Both the position numbers and the translations under genes were made by a program. The notes under the pieces are model-generated. The model worked only from the letters and a program-made list of their open reading frames with translations. It did not search any database and had not been told where the DNA came from. Shown one piece after another: positions 19,210-29,315 of a stretch of 64,000 nt of DNA; position 1 is the first letter of the stretch, and the number at the start of each line of letters is the position of its first letter. The DNA lies in IMG/VR virus record IMGVR_UViG_3300033153_006865, positions 65,035 through 129,034 of that record; one strand, given 5' to 3'. The DNA comes from a virus. Its lineage: Duplodnaviria > Heunggongvirae > Uroviricota > Caudoviricetes.

Positions 19210-20244
19210 TTATCCTTTAAATAATTCCGAATACGTATTAACCTGTGGATTGACTTCCTTGTAGGTTCCTGTACCTGTGTCGAAATACTGATTATTATCT
19301 ACTTTGAGGTTTGTTATAGAATCTCCATTGGTAACTCCTCCGAATTCTAAGTAGGCCTTAAGCGCATCTTCACTGCTCTCCGTATAGTAGTTTCCCCCAG
19401 TAGCAAATAGTGGGAGCCCTTTTCTTGTCTGGATCTTATCCCTTCTTGGAGCAAATGTATTTCTTAATCTATCTGTTGCAGAAAAGTATCTCTCGTAGGA
19501 AGTTGTTCCGTCTGGATTGATGTACGGTTGTCCCGTATCTATATGGTAAGACCTATTGGCGAACCTTTCGTTGTCCCTCCTTTTATTATAAATAAGATTG
19601 TCTTTTTCATCTTCTCCATAGGTTCCCCCGTATGGGTATTTTTTCATCACCCCTCCATATTCAAAATACCCTCCAGTGAAGTTAGCATCAGAAGATTGTG
19701 GAGCTTCTATATACCTATTGTTTGTTCTCTTCTCATTATAGAAATCTTGTACTTCATTACTTCTCTTTTGTGTTGCAAAGTTAGACAACCCTGTTCTAGC
19801 TGCCCCTAGAGCAAAAGATCCAATAGACCCTGCTAATCCAAGTCCCCTCCCTTTTGCACCTTTTTCCATCCCTGCAAACCTTCCTATATTAGCTGCTTTT
19901 GTTTCAAGGTTATACCCTCCTGGATTTAAAAGGGTTGCCTGATCAAGATAGCTGTCTTTATCCTCAGGCTGGGCTGTTTCACCCTCTCCTGTGGGAGTTA
20001 TGAATTGCCTTTGGGAGTCAGTCGGAAAAGATGAATATTGATCTTTAGGTAGCCCCTCCTTGGTTGGGAAAGACGTATACTGGTCTTGAGGTGTACCCCC
20101 TCCGTTAATATCGTCTGATGTATCCCCTATATCTGCAGTTTTTAATGATGCTCCTGCTAGTGACGTTGTTGAAGTAACAAGTTGGGTGGCCTCCTCTCTA
20201 GAAATCCCTAATAATTCTTGAAGACGTAAAATTTTTTCTTCCAT
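19210..20244 (-). CDS. Cargo-type protein (344 aa) with repeated (F/Y/L)xxGG motifs
   Basis: FEYGG, YPYGG, FATGG, LEFGG; Gly-rich segment GRGLGLAGSIGSFALGAA. Confidence 0.65.
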   Translation of the reverse strand: MEEKILRLQELLGISREEATQLVTSTTSLAGASLKTADIGDTSDDINGGGTPQDQYTSFPTKEGLPKDQYSSFPTDSQRQFITPTGEGETAQPEDKDSYLDQATLLNPGGYNLETKAANIGRFAGMEKGAKGRGLGLAGSIGSFALGAARTGLSNFATQKRSNEVQDFYNEKRTNNRYIEAPQSSDANFTGGYFEYGGVMKKYPYGGTYGEDEKDNLIYNKRRDNERFANRSYHIDTGQPYINPDGTTSYERYFSATDRLRNTFAPRRDKIQTRKGLPLFATGGNYYTESSEDALKAYLEFGGVTNGDSITNLKVDNNQYFDTGTGTYKEVNPQVNTYSELFKG

Positions 20245-20248
20245 GGTG

Positions 20249-20286
20249 TAAATTTAATGATTAAGTACGAGACTTAAAAATAGATT
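20249..20286 (-). promoter_or_regulatory. Promoter, probably leaderless
   Basis: AATCTATTTT-N20-TAAATTTA-CACC-ATG. Confidence 0.55.
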
Positions 20287-20290
20287 ATTT

Positions 20291-21178
20291 TTATTGATAT
20301 TTAAAGATACTCGGCAATTTCGGCAATGCCGTTTGAATGTCAATTCCCTCCAGTGGATTTATCTGCTTAGTCTGTCTTCTGCCTAGGTTTTGCTTTCTTT
20401 TTTTATAGAGAGCTTCATCCCTTTCGTGAGCTGCTCCCAGTGTCTTTAAAAAATCCTGCTGACGTTTGCTCTTCTCGTCCTGAACTTTTTTTAGCTGCTT
20501 TCTTGCATCTGATTCTTTGTCCTTTTTCTTGTTTATTTCAACCTTTTCCTCCTCCTTTTTTACCTGCTCTATAAACAACATAGAGGCTTGGTCTGCGGGT
20601 ACAACTACTTCCCCACCTAATCCAGTGGGGCCTACAGGTATAGTCATTAATCCAGTATTCGCAACGTTTTTAATCCTATTTCTATTAATCGTTTGTCCCT
20701 TCTGTGGTTTACTATAGTCGTATGTGGGATTCTGATTAATAAAAGCGTGGACCGGCTGCGTGTTATCAAAATTATTAAATCTTGTTTGTACTTTCTTATA
20801 AAGGGCTGAATCTTTTCCAATATGAAAATGTGGTCCAGTCCCTTTGGACTTCTTAAGAGCTTCTGGATCTGTTTCATCAAGGATACCCAGTTTGTACTTA
20901 TTCATCAATGTAAGGCCTTCTTGAGTGTTGTACAAATATTCATATACATCAGCATTCTCTTTTCCAATATCAATAGCATCACCTTTATGATGGTGTGAAG
21001 ACTCTCCACTTGGTGAGAAATCCCTTTTACCAGAAGTTATGCGGAGGCTGGGAAATAGTACCAGAAGTCCATTATAAAAACCAGTTAAATCATCAGACAA
21101 TCCATCTACAGCGTGATTATGGCCGGAATGGGAGTCTTTCTCCCTCTGTGGATCGGTATTTGTTTTTTCTTTAGCCAT
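20291..21178 (-). CDS. Peptidase M15-like (DD-peptidase/LAS fold) peptidoglycan hydrolase with coiled-coil tail
   Basis: ITSGKR...SSHHHKGDAIDI (S-x-H-x-x-G-x-A-x-D) and GPHFHI (H-x-H) zinc-ligand motifs. Confidence 0.8.
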   Translation of the reverse strand: MAKEKTNTDPQREKDSHSGHNHAVDGLSDDLTGFYNGLLVLFPSLRITSGKRDFSPSGESSHHHKGDAIDIGKENADVYEYLYNTQEGLTLMNKYKLGILDETDPEALKKSKGTGPHFHIGKDSALYKKVQTRFNNFDNTQPVHAFINQNPTYDYSKPQKGQTINRNRIKNVANTGLMTIPVGPTGLGGEVVVPADQASMLFIEQVKKEEEKVEINKKKDKESDARKQLKKVQDEKSKRQQDFLKTLGAAHERDEALYKKRKQNLGRRQTKQINPLEGIDIQTALPKLPSIFKYQ

Positions 21179-21202
21179 GTTTTAGTTTACGATAGTAAAT
21201 TT

Positions 21203-24200
21203 TTAGTTTTCTTTATAATCTCGCTTATCAGCTCCGAATCTATATATATATTTGTACCTACTTTCTTTGTCTTGCTCCAGTCTCAGCATAAAATGGTCTC
21301 CAACCATTCTGTCTTTGAACATCGGAGCGTAAGTCAACAACTTATGGTTTAGGTCTTTGCCAACTTGTGTGCAATCATTTAACCAAATGGGCAGTCCCGA
21401 TCTCTCGTTTTTTACAGAATTGTACAAGTGATTAAATGAATACTTGCCTGCGATTTCTGATTGCAAAATACTGATGGATGCTGAATTATGCTTTGGGTAT
21501 ACCAGACTTTGACTCAAGTCATTGTTGTCATGATGGACTAGTTCTAACTGGCCTGTATTCTGATAAGTGTTATATATTACTGCCTTATTAAAACCTTGGC
21601 CCACTATGTCAGTAAAGTCATACTTATTGTAATATTTCCTAACATCCATCCAATACTCAATATCATGTATTGTCGAATTGACAAGTTTACTCCCTGATAA
21701 GGGTGACTCAATAATAAATGGATAAAGGTCTCCATAAAATACTTGATATGAGCTTAAAAATGGTAAATGGGACCACAGCCCTAAATGAGAATCTTTTGTT
21801 GAGTAGTTGATCCCTGTCTGAAAATAGTTAGTGTACCCTATGTAATAATTTGGCTTGAACGAGTAGTAAGATATCCACAACTTAGTAAGTGGGCTATACG
21901 CCACTGTAAACGAGCAATCCTCAAACACTGTTCTGTCAGTAAGAAGGACTTCTCTACCTTCATGATAAAATCTGCCTTCAAGAAATTCAACACCAGATAC
22001 TATGGTTTTATAATCTAGTTTAGTAATAAATATACGCTTGGTTCTTGAATCCCACCCCATAGTCAATCCAAGTCCTTTAAATGAATTGTCTAAATCCCTC
22101 TGAGTTAGGCCACTTACACTATTGGTGATTTTAAAAGGCAGGTGTTCCTTAAACCACTTCTCAACCCCGTCAGTGATTTGAGATAGGCCTTTCCCATTTG
22201 GCTCTAGTTTAAATACTTCTCCTCTTTTAGCATCTGCCCAAAAGTGCCCAAACTCACAACTTACTTTTGCTGTGTGCTGTGTGCCAGCATATCCTAAATC
22301 AGTCTTATTAAAGTTGATATTCCTCCCACTAAATATGCCCCCCGAACCTAATTTAGCTTGATCTCCTGTAAGTCTGTCCCTCAACACATCAATACTATTA
22401 AACAGGGTTATTCCATTCTCAAACCTTCCTAGTATCTGCCCGGATTCAATAGCATCCATATCAATTAAATTACCATTTGATGTTGGAAACTGATAGGTAT
22501 CAAATGCTTTATAAATTAACCAAGAGTCTCGTAAATCTTCCGACCTGTCCTGGACTGAGTATATTACACTATTCTCAAGGTTATTTAATCTATCCCATAT
22601 TTCTCTGCTGTAGTCAACTGGTAAGATCTGCGATCCATTAGTTGTTGGTGATGTAGAATATACATCATTATAATAATATCTATTTGGTTCTCTGATTGAT
22701 ACGTCACTTTCCTGAGTAAATTTAATAACATCTCCGAAATTAGGATAAAAATCCTCCGCAGCTTCTCTTTGAGCATACCTGTAATTAGAGTTTATAGTAC
22801 TCTCAGCTAAAAAGTGTGGAAACCCATAAGAGAATAAAAAGAACTTAGCTGGTGGTTTTACATAAAAATCACCTGGTCTGTTATCAGAACTGGCTGTAGT
22901 TAGGTTAAATGATGATAAATTATCAGGGAATATTGTCCCTGCAAGATTAAATGTATCATCATCAGATAGTTCATAATTTAGAAAAAACCTACCAAAGACT
23001 CCATCTGGATTGATATTGTAATAATCAGAATATTTAAATGGTGTAAGTGGTGCGAGTCCATGAGCATTTGTAGTAAAGAAAGGTAGTTTCCTTTTTACCG
23101 AAAATCTGGAAATGTAAGTATCTCCACCAAAAATTCCTTCACAGCCTTGTGATATTTTGTTCACATCTCCACAATATCCTGTACTTAACCAGGTTACTGA
23201 GTGGATTGCCCCATATTGAGACGGAAGATATTGTTTTAGAGAAACATATGGTGATGCTGCTCCTCCATCAATTGCCCCACTTTTACCTGTTCCATCATAT
23301 ACTTTTCTAGTTCCGGTAGAGGCATTTAATGAACCATTCTCCTTAGATATATGAGCTTGTGGGTAGGATATGTCATAAGGTGCTGTATCTAAAAATACGG
23401 AGGTTTCTCTACTTTCGTTGTTTATCTTATGCCTGTCCCCACTTATTTCATTTGGTACTTCCCATCTACCTTCTCTTAAATAGGTTGATGCTGATACTCC
23501 TCTAAGGGTGCTGTCTGATACACTATTTGGCAGAAAGGCATTATAATGTCCTACAGTGGCACTATAGTAAGCAAATTGTTGTGGGGATCCTAAATTCTTT
23601 ATCGTATTTAACCACTCATATCTCAATTTACCTGTTTTAAGTGCTGATGTGAGCCCAATGGCAACAGCTCCTACAACAGCTGCTGCTACAGATATTGGGG
23701 CAGAAAGACCCCCAGTACCTCCTAAAGTTATTATTTCTGCAATTTCAACTGCTACGTCTAAAACTACTTCTGCAATAGCTAAAGCTAAAGCTACATTTAA
23801 AGCGCTTTGCCCTAATATTACATAGGTGGGGTGATCCTCTACAATATCAAAGAAAGTCTGTGAAACACCAGATTGATACCCCTCAATCTTCATTTCAGGT
23901 GGGAGTGTGGGTTGGTGTAAGTGGACATCAGGTGAGTGAAAGGTATATTTATCGTTACCTACTCCTCCCCTTCTGTGGGGAACGTTGCCATTCAAGTTAT
24001 CTACCCCAATATCATTTAACGGATAGTTAGGATAAAGAACTGATTCAGTACTCTGTCCATTATTCTCCGTATACTCATACATATCAAATAATAAACCTTT
24101 CGCAATAATAGATCTATGAGTTGTCCTATCTCCTCTGTATACCTCGTAACTTGTTATATTATTTCGCTCTTCTAATGAAATCAAATTATTGTTGACTGCA

Positions 24201-27133
24201 ATATCTAAGAACGTTCTGACTGCCTCTGGGTCTAATGAGAATCCAATAGGGAATATATAGCTTTCCTTAAATCCAACTGCTGCCTGAGCTCCACTCATAA
24301 ATGGCACTATAGTTGAGCAAGGAAACTTATAATGCCGAATTGGTTTGTCTCTAAAATCTACATCACTCCCTAGTATATACTTACCATTAGAGTCTACCCC
24401 TTGTGAATAATATTCTTCAAACTCCTGCTTCATAGAGTTTGGAATATCGTTTTCATCTATTCCTAGTGTAGATGAATCATACAACTCCCCGTTGCAAGGA
24501 TATTTAATATTTGACTCCCAGTGTGAAAATAGCCCATACTGATGGGGGGTGGGATCACACTCTGTTCCAGAAATAGTTTCAATATTACAGCTAGCCTTGT
24601 AAGTTTGCCTTTTTCCAAAAGTGAGGTCTGAAAATGTAACTTCCTCCTGATACTCCAATAATCTATAATAGGCATTAAAACATCCTGGAGGGGGTGTCAA
24701 CGTAAAATTCTGTTGTGTAAAAACTATCCTCACCTTTATAGGTGAGTCTATTACTACATAAACATTCCCGGAAAAATCATTTGCATCAAAAGTGATATAT
24801 TTATTAGGGTCATTAGCAGCCGTAACATCGGATACTATCTTAGTATATTGTGGTAAATGGGCAGTGCTGCTTTCCCCATCAAATACTGTTATCCGCACTG
24901 AATTGCCTGAGTTATCATCTCCGGCTGTAGGTATAATATATGACATTTCAAAAGAGACAAAAGGTTGTCCTGAGAATGGTATTTTATACCAAAGTCCATT
25001 CGTGTGTACTTTGTTAGTGTATCCTGGTGAAGATGTTAATGATGTAAATTGAGTCTGAAGTTGGCCTATTCCAGTTGTGGATCCTCCATCTTGTAAAAAT
25101 ACGGTGTTGTCTGCTTGGGGTAAACCAAGTTCAATTGGAAATACTGCAGAGACAGGGGATGTATTACTAAAGAAATTATTTTTCTTGTACACTACACTCA
25201 GAGGTAGCATGAAATCGTCTACAAAATCTTGGTCTATTACTTGTGGCGATACCTCTTGTCTACAAGAAGCTGGAGGTGTTGGCCTACTAAGGTCACCAAC
25301 TGGTATAAGTACCTCTTCTGTTTCAGACTGTGCTGTGCCTAAAGCAATCATCTCTTCGGATGTTAGTTCGATATCAGTACAATTATTTGGAAAGGTTGGT
25401 TCACACCCCTCTTCAAATTCTGATGGGTCGCTTAATATGTCTCTCACCTCTTGCCAATTTGAACCAGTGGTCGTTAAAATTGAGTCGACGTTGTTATTAA
25501 TGTACGTCTCAATAGGGAGCCCGGATGTGTTGACTACTATAGTTCCGGTATTAATAGTACTTAGAACAGAGATGTCTCCGTTAGATTCTGATACAAAACA
25601 GGACAGCTCCTCTTCCGTTACGATTCCTGACGATTGCCCTGTTGCTGCACCTGGGCATGTTCCAATAATTGAAGCAGTATTTTCATATTGCCATCTTTTA
25701 TCCCTTCCTGTTGCAGAACACTCACCTAACCCATTTAAGATTGATTGGACATTGTTTGAACTCTCTGAAAAACCATTCTCAAAATCCTCAATTTCAGAAG
25801 CTTTTGGTGGTCTTGGTATGAATGGAAATAAATCGGTCTCTACCCCCCCCTTCCCGAAAAACTTTATTGCTGCAGGGACTACTTCATCTCTCATATAAGA
25901 TCTAAAGTTAGCTACTTCGACTCCATCTTTATATATAGATTCTTTTGCTTGTACAGTCTGCCACTTAACAAAGCCTCCTAATAGGTTTACTATTGGTTGA
26001 AGATTTATAGATCTGTTCGCCTCCAATCCATATTGATATAGATATCCATCTCCTGCTGCCAGCCCTTTTGCCTTTGTATAAGAAGGTCTTCTGGCTATTA
26101 TATCATTAAGTGGAATATTTGGATTTCCTGAAAGACTAGATATGGTAATAGTATTCGTATCAATAGGGAATACACCATAATCAAAAATACTGGTTGTTGC
26201 ATCAAGTCCATTTCTATAGACTACAGCTATTTTAAAAAAATCATACAATTTATCAAGGCCTAGTATATCAATTGAAATGGCTAGATTAGTCTCGTAGTCT
26301 AAATTTGTTTGGTCTAAAATATTATTGTTTCTATCGTGTATAGGAATTTGATTTGTCTTTGCATAGTAATTAGAAACCTCTTCGCCTCTGAATGAAGAAT
26401 ACGCAATCAGCACCTCGTACATGCCTGCTCTAAGGTTTCCTCCTCCCTGTATGGTACTAGGTGTTAGACACGGCTTCTCAAACAATGGAAATATTCTCAT
26501 ACTTTCACATTGTAAACAAGTTTGGGTTGTCTCAGAAGTGCATGCCTCTGCAGTCTCAGTGTATTGATCCAAATGATCAAGGTCAATAAGCCTTTGTGGG
26601 TTTAAGAAGTCTGTAAAATATAACTTCTTTCCAGTACGTTCGTGTTTTATAATAATGTTACTTTCGTGTATTGGATAGTCTATACTAAATGCTAGACATC
26701 CAGCTCCTTCTTCACACTCATCATTAAGCAAAGTTGTATATTTACATATGGCTGTTTGGGTAGTTTGTTCTAGTGGGTTTTCAATAATAACAGTTATGTT
26801 ACAGTCACATTCTTTTTCTATTGGCTCTAGCCCCTGAATATCTTGGAAGCTGTTGATAAATCCGATCTCTGATACTCCTGTGGTGGGGTCTACTAGAATA
26901 AAGTACGTCACATCATCTACAGGATCAAACTTGTGTCCAATAACCTTAGAACCTGATTTAAATCCTGTACAATAAATATTTGATGGTTCATTTTGAAGAT
27001 TTACTTGTCCATGCCCATGTTCATCGTGGAAGTTACCATTGAGCATAAAAGAGTACTCAACTTGGTCTAAATCGAATATTGCCTTATCTCTATTCATCCC
27101 CTTTTTGGGGGCTGTTTGTCTCTTCTCTATCAT
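21203..27133 (-). CDS. Tail stabilisation/muzzle protein (1976 aa)
   Basis: N-terminal NLQNEPSN and C-terminal GTQH...FGHFWADAKRG motifs; crAss-like position after ring-IHF-ring and before the cargo genes. Confidence 0.75.
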   Translation of the reverse strand: MIEKRQTAPKKGMNRDKAIFDLDQVEYSFMLNGNFHDEHGHGQVNLQNEPSNIYCTGFKSGSKVIGHKFDPVDDVTYFILVDPTTGVSEIGFINSFQDIQGLEPIEKECDCNITVIIENPLEQTTQTAICKYTTLLNDECEEGAGCLAFSIDYPIHESNIIIKHERTGKKLYFTDFLNPQRLIDLDHLDQYTETAEACTSETTQTCLQCESMRIFPLFEKPCLTPSTIQGGGNLRAGMYEVLIAYSSFRGEEVSNYYAKTNQIPIHDRNNNILDQTNLDYETNLAISIDILGLDKLYDFFKIAVVYRNGLDATTSIFDYGVFPIDTNTITISSLSGNPNIPLNDIIARRPSYTKAKGLAAGDGYLYQYGLEANRSINLQPIVNLLGGFVKWQTVQAKESIYKDGVEVANFRSYMRDEVVPAAIKFFGKGGVETDLFPFIPRPPKASEIEDFENGFSESSNNVQSILNGLGECSATGRDKRWQYENTASIIGTCPGAATGQSSGIVTEEELSCFVSESNGDISVLSTINTGTIVVNTSGLPIETYINNNVDSILTTTGSNWQEVRDILSDPSEFEEGCEPTFPNNCTDIELTSEEMIALGTAQSETEEVLIPVGDLSRPTPPASCRQEVSPQVIDQDFVDDFMLPLSVVYKKNNFFSNTSPVSAVFPIELGLPQADNTVFLQDGGSTTGIGQLQTQFTSLTSSPGYTNKVHTNGLWYKIPFSGQPFVSFEMSYIIPTAGDDNSGNSVRITVFDGESSTAHLPQYTKIVSDVTAANDPNKYITFDANDFSGNVYVVIDSPIKVRIVFTQQNFTLTPPPGCFNAYYRLLEYQEEVTFSDLTFGKRQTYKASCNIETISGTECDPTPHQYGLFSHWESNIKYPCNGELYDSSTLGIDENDIPNSMKQEFEEYYSQGVDSNGKYILGSDVDFRDKPIRHYKFPCSTIVPFMSGAQAAVGFKESYIFPIGFSLDPEAVRTFLDIAVNNNLISLEERNNITSYEVYRGDRTTHRSIIAKGLLFDMYEYTENNGQSTESVLYPNYPLNDIGVDNLNGNVPHRRGGVGNDKYTFHSPDVHLHQPTLPPEMKIEGYQSGVSQTFFDIVEDHPTYVILGQSALNVALALAIAEVVLDVAVEIAEIITLGGTGGLSAPISVAAAVVGAVAIGLTSALKTGKLRYEWLNTIKNLGSPQQFAYYSATVGHYNAFLPNSVSDSTLRGVSASTYLREGRWEVPNEISGDRHKINNESRETSVFLDTAPYDISYPQAHISKENGSLNASTGTRKVYDGTGKSGAIDGGAASPYVSLKQYLPSQYGAIHSVTWLSTGYCGDVNKISQGCEGIFGGDTYISRFSVKRKLPFFTTNAHGLAPLTPFKYSDYYNINPDGVFGRFFLNYELSDDDTFNLAGTIFPDNLSSFNLTTASSDNRPGDFYVKPPAKFFLFSYGFPHFLAESTINSNYRYAQREAAEDFYPNFGDVIKFTQESDVSIREPNRYYYNDVYSTSPTTNGSQILPVDYSREIWDRLNNLENSVIYSVQDRSEDLRDSWLIYKAFDTYQFPTSNGNLIDMDAIESGQILGRFENGITLFNSIDVLRDRLTGDQAKLGSGGIFSGRNINFNKTDLGYAGTQHTAKVSCEFGHFWADAKRGEVFKLEPNGKGLSQITDGVEKWFKEHLPFKITNSVSGLTQRDLDNSFKGLGLTMGWDSRTKRIFITKLDYKTIVSGVEFLEGRFYHEGREVLLTDRTVFEDCSFTVAYSPLTKLWISYYSFKPNYYIGYTNYFQTGINYSTKDSHLGLWSHLPFLSSYQVFYGDLYPFIIESPLSGSKLVNSTIHDIEYWMDVRKYYNKYDFTDIVGQGFNKAVIYNTYQNTGQLELVHHDNNDLSQSLVYPKHNSASISILQSEIAGKYSFNHLYNSVKNERSGLPIWLNDCTQVGKDLNHKLLTYAPMFKDRMVGDHFMLRLEQDKESRYKYIYRFGADKRDYKEN

Positions 27134-27140
27134 TACTAAA

Positions 27141-28019
27141 TTACTTTCTAGTTAACAGGCTTTCATACTGAAATGATTCCTGTTGATTCAATCGTTGCCA
27201 CCTTCTCATAGTTCTTGGTGATATCTTACTCATTTTAAACTCATTTGATGCCTCCTTTAAATGAATTCGTTCTTGCTCTGCATATATTGGATACACAGCC
27301 TGTAGGCCTATTGCATCTCTGTTTGCGATAAGGTTCTCAGCCAATTTCCTTTTTACTCGATACTCTAGATAAGATTCTAAATGACCAAGTTTAGTATTGG
27401 GGATCTCAATTTTCCCCTCACTATCCATTGGTAGCCCGTAATACATCATGTAAATGTCCCCTTTATTGAAGTTGGCTTGGAGCCTGAAATCAATAATTAC
27501 AATCTCGTTTGGGTTGTCTACTACATACCTGTTTCTACACTTACTGTGGCAGTTATTTTTATGAAATGCTTTACCTAAAGTCAGCAAGGGTTGCCTCTTA
27601 TAATAAAATTGGGCCGCTTTCTTCTTTTTGAAAAAGAAGTTTTCCTTGATTATATTCTCAGTTTTCTCAACACAAGATGGATCGCACTCATTCCATTTTT
27701 CTCCATACGTTGTCCTCTCTGTATAAAAATGAGAGTTTTGCAACTCATGTTCCTCAATCTCTGGATTTCTAAAGAACCCAGCTGGCTCACAAAGGTAAGC
27801 TGCATATAAAGTTTTAAAATTCTCTGGGAGTTCTGCATACCCATCTATGACTTCCACAACTGTTTCGTGTAAATCAGTAATATCGTTGCCAAATCGCTTT
27901 ATGCCAAGAACTATCTCTCGGTACATAGTGCCCTCGTCAAGTAGGCCTACATCTGCATATTTACTGAGATCTGATTTTATCTCTGCGATTAATCCATCAA
28001 CATTACTTTCTTGTCGCAT
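27141..28019 (-). CDS. Tail ring/tubular protein (292 aa)
   Basis: Synteny (adjacent to muzzle); ...RLQANF.KG..Y..YY.LP.D..G...IP pattern. Confidence 0.55.
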   Translation of the reverse strand: MRQESNVDGLIAEIKSDLSKYADVGLLDEGTMYREIVLGIKRFGNDITDLHETVVEVIDGYAELPENFKTLYAAYLCEPAGFFRNPEIEEHELQNSHFYTERTTYGEKWNECDPSCVEKTENIIKENFFFKKKKAAQFYYKRQPLLTLGKAFHKNNCHSKCRNRYVVDNPNEIVIIDFRLQANFNKGDIYMMYYGLPMDSEGKIEIPNTKLGHLESYLEYRVKRKLAENLIANRDAIGLQAVYPIYAEQERIHLKEASNEFKMSKISPRTMRRWQRLNQQESFQYESLLTRK

Positions 28020-28020
28020 C

Positions 28021-28479
28021 TTATATTTGTTTTAGTGTATTAGTGTACATCCGGTACTTTCCACCTTCTTTCAGTTTTCTACAAAGCTCCTGCTTAATAT
28101 TATTACAAAATGTCTTATCCATTGTCCAAGCCTGGAGAGTCCTTACTTTTGGTTTAAAGGGCAGAAATGTGGGAAAATACATGTGATGGTTAGTGTGGTA
28201 ATTATAACCCTCTTCAATCCCACCTTCCTTCTTTATCCCAAAAGTACCTTTCCTTGGTGGCATCCAAATAAAAAAGTATCCTAGTTCTTCAACTATGACA
28301 CCTCCAGGATAATCTGTGACTCCTTGTCCTATATGCTTACAGATACAATCTATAATTTTCCTTAATTCTTCTCTATTACTTACTTTGTTCTTGTCCAGTA
28401 TTTTATTATAGGCCCTATACTCTGTATAAATAGAGTGGTGCTGTAATTTAATACCACTTACTAGCCGGTTTAGTGCCAT
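28021..28479 (-). CDS. IHF/HU-like protein in tail module
   Basis: Two helices (EELRKIIDCICKHIGQGV) then GVIVEELGYF strand; between two ring genes as in crAss-like phages. Confidence 0.55.
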   Translation of the reverse strand: MALNRLVSGIKLQHHSIYTEYRAYNKILDKNKVSNREELRKIIDCICKHIGQGVTDYPGGVIVEELGYFFIWMPPRKGTFGIKKEGGIEEGYNYHTNHHMYFPTFLPFKPKVRTLQAWTMDKTFCNNIKQELCRKLKEGGKYRMYTNTLKQI

Positions 28480-28480
28480 A

Positions 28481-29194
28481 TTAATTTGTTGTTTTGGTTT
28501 TTTCGTGCCCGTCTAAATTTGGGTTCTCGTCAGAAATAGAGGACCTATAGAAACTTGCTACCTCATTTATCGTCTCTTGTAGTACTAGGTCCATAAACCT
28601 GTCTGGACATACAAAATCCGTATCCCAGTTTGAACACTCAAATGAATCTATAGTGGTATCTGCTCCACAGGTTGATAATTTTGATGCCTCGACTTTGTCA
28701 AGAGTAATCATATCTATATCAACCAAATGGGCATTTGATCCTGGTAAGTATAGATACCCGTCCTTAAGATAATAGTATCTTACATTTCCTCTGTTATAAA
28801 TTCTTCTACGTCTGTTGTGTCTTGCGTATTGACTGGGAGTTGTGAAATCATACTCTAGGCTTTCATCAATATTAGTTATTCTGGTGATTCCTGATCCCAC
28901 TTTTCCAAAAATTCCTTCAGGGAGTTTTTTACAACTCTTCATCAACTTGTTGCATAACTTAAATTCAACTATACCGCAATCTCTTGATGTAATCCTCTCC
29001 ATGGCAAAACATTGGATATTAGTCTTTATCCCCTCCTCTCTAGACAAGGTTAACTCATCTAATTTCTGTGAAAGAAGAAACCTAGCTTTAGTTCGACCAA
29101 TACCTAGTATATATCTCCCACTGATGTGGCTATCTTTTGATAAAAACTTACCACCATTTACTACCCTAGAAACAAACTCTTTATTGGAAATCAT
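28481..29194 (-). CDS. Tail ring/tubular protein (237 aa)
   Basis: YYYLKDGYLYLP and DFVCPDRFMDLVLQETINE...DENPN motifs; synteny. Confidence 0.65.
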   Translation of the reverse strand: MISNKEFVSRVVNGGKFLSKDSHISGRYILGIGRTKARFLLSQKLDELTLSREEGIKTNIQCFAMERITSRDCGIVEFKLCNKLMKSCKKLPEGIFGKVGSGITRITNIDESLEYDFTTPSQYARHNRRRRIYNRGNVRYYYLKDGYLYLPGSNAHLVDIDMITLDKVEASKLSTCGADTTIDSFECSNWDTDFVCPDRFMDLVLQETINEVASFYRSSISDENPNLDGHEKTKTTN

Positions 29195-29198
29195 GTGT

Positions 29199-29236
29199 CA
29201 AATATAATGAATGTTTACTACACCTTAAAAAAGATT
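29199..29236 (-). promoter_or_regulatory. Promoter, probably leaderless
   Basis: AATCTTTTTT-N20-TATATTTG-ACAC-ATG. Confidence 0.65.
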
Positions 29237-29249
29237 ACTTTTCACTCCA

Positions 29250-29281
29250 TAAAAGCCCCACCAAACTAATGATGGGGCTAG
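29250..29281 (-). terminator. Rho-independent terminator
   Basis: AGCCCCATCA-TTAGTT-TGGTGGGGCT followed by TTTAT. Confidence 0.75.
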
Positions 29282-29282
29282 A

Positions 29283-29315
29283 GGAGGTCGGTAAAACCAA
29301 CCAAAAACGACCTCC
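29283..29315. repeat. Second hairpin directly adjacent to the terminator
   Basis: GGAGGTCG-N17-CGACCTCC, perfect 8-bp inverted repeat. Confidence 0.7.
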
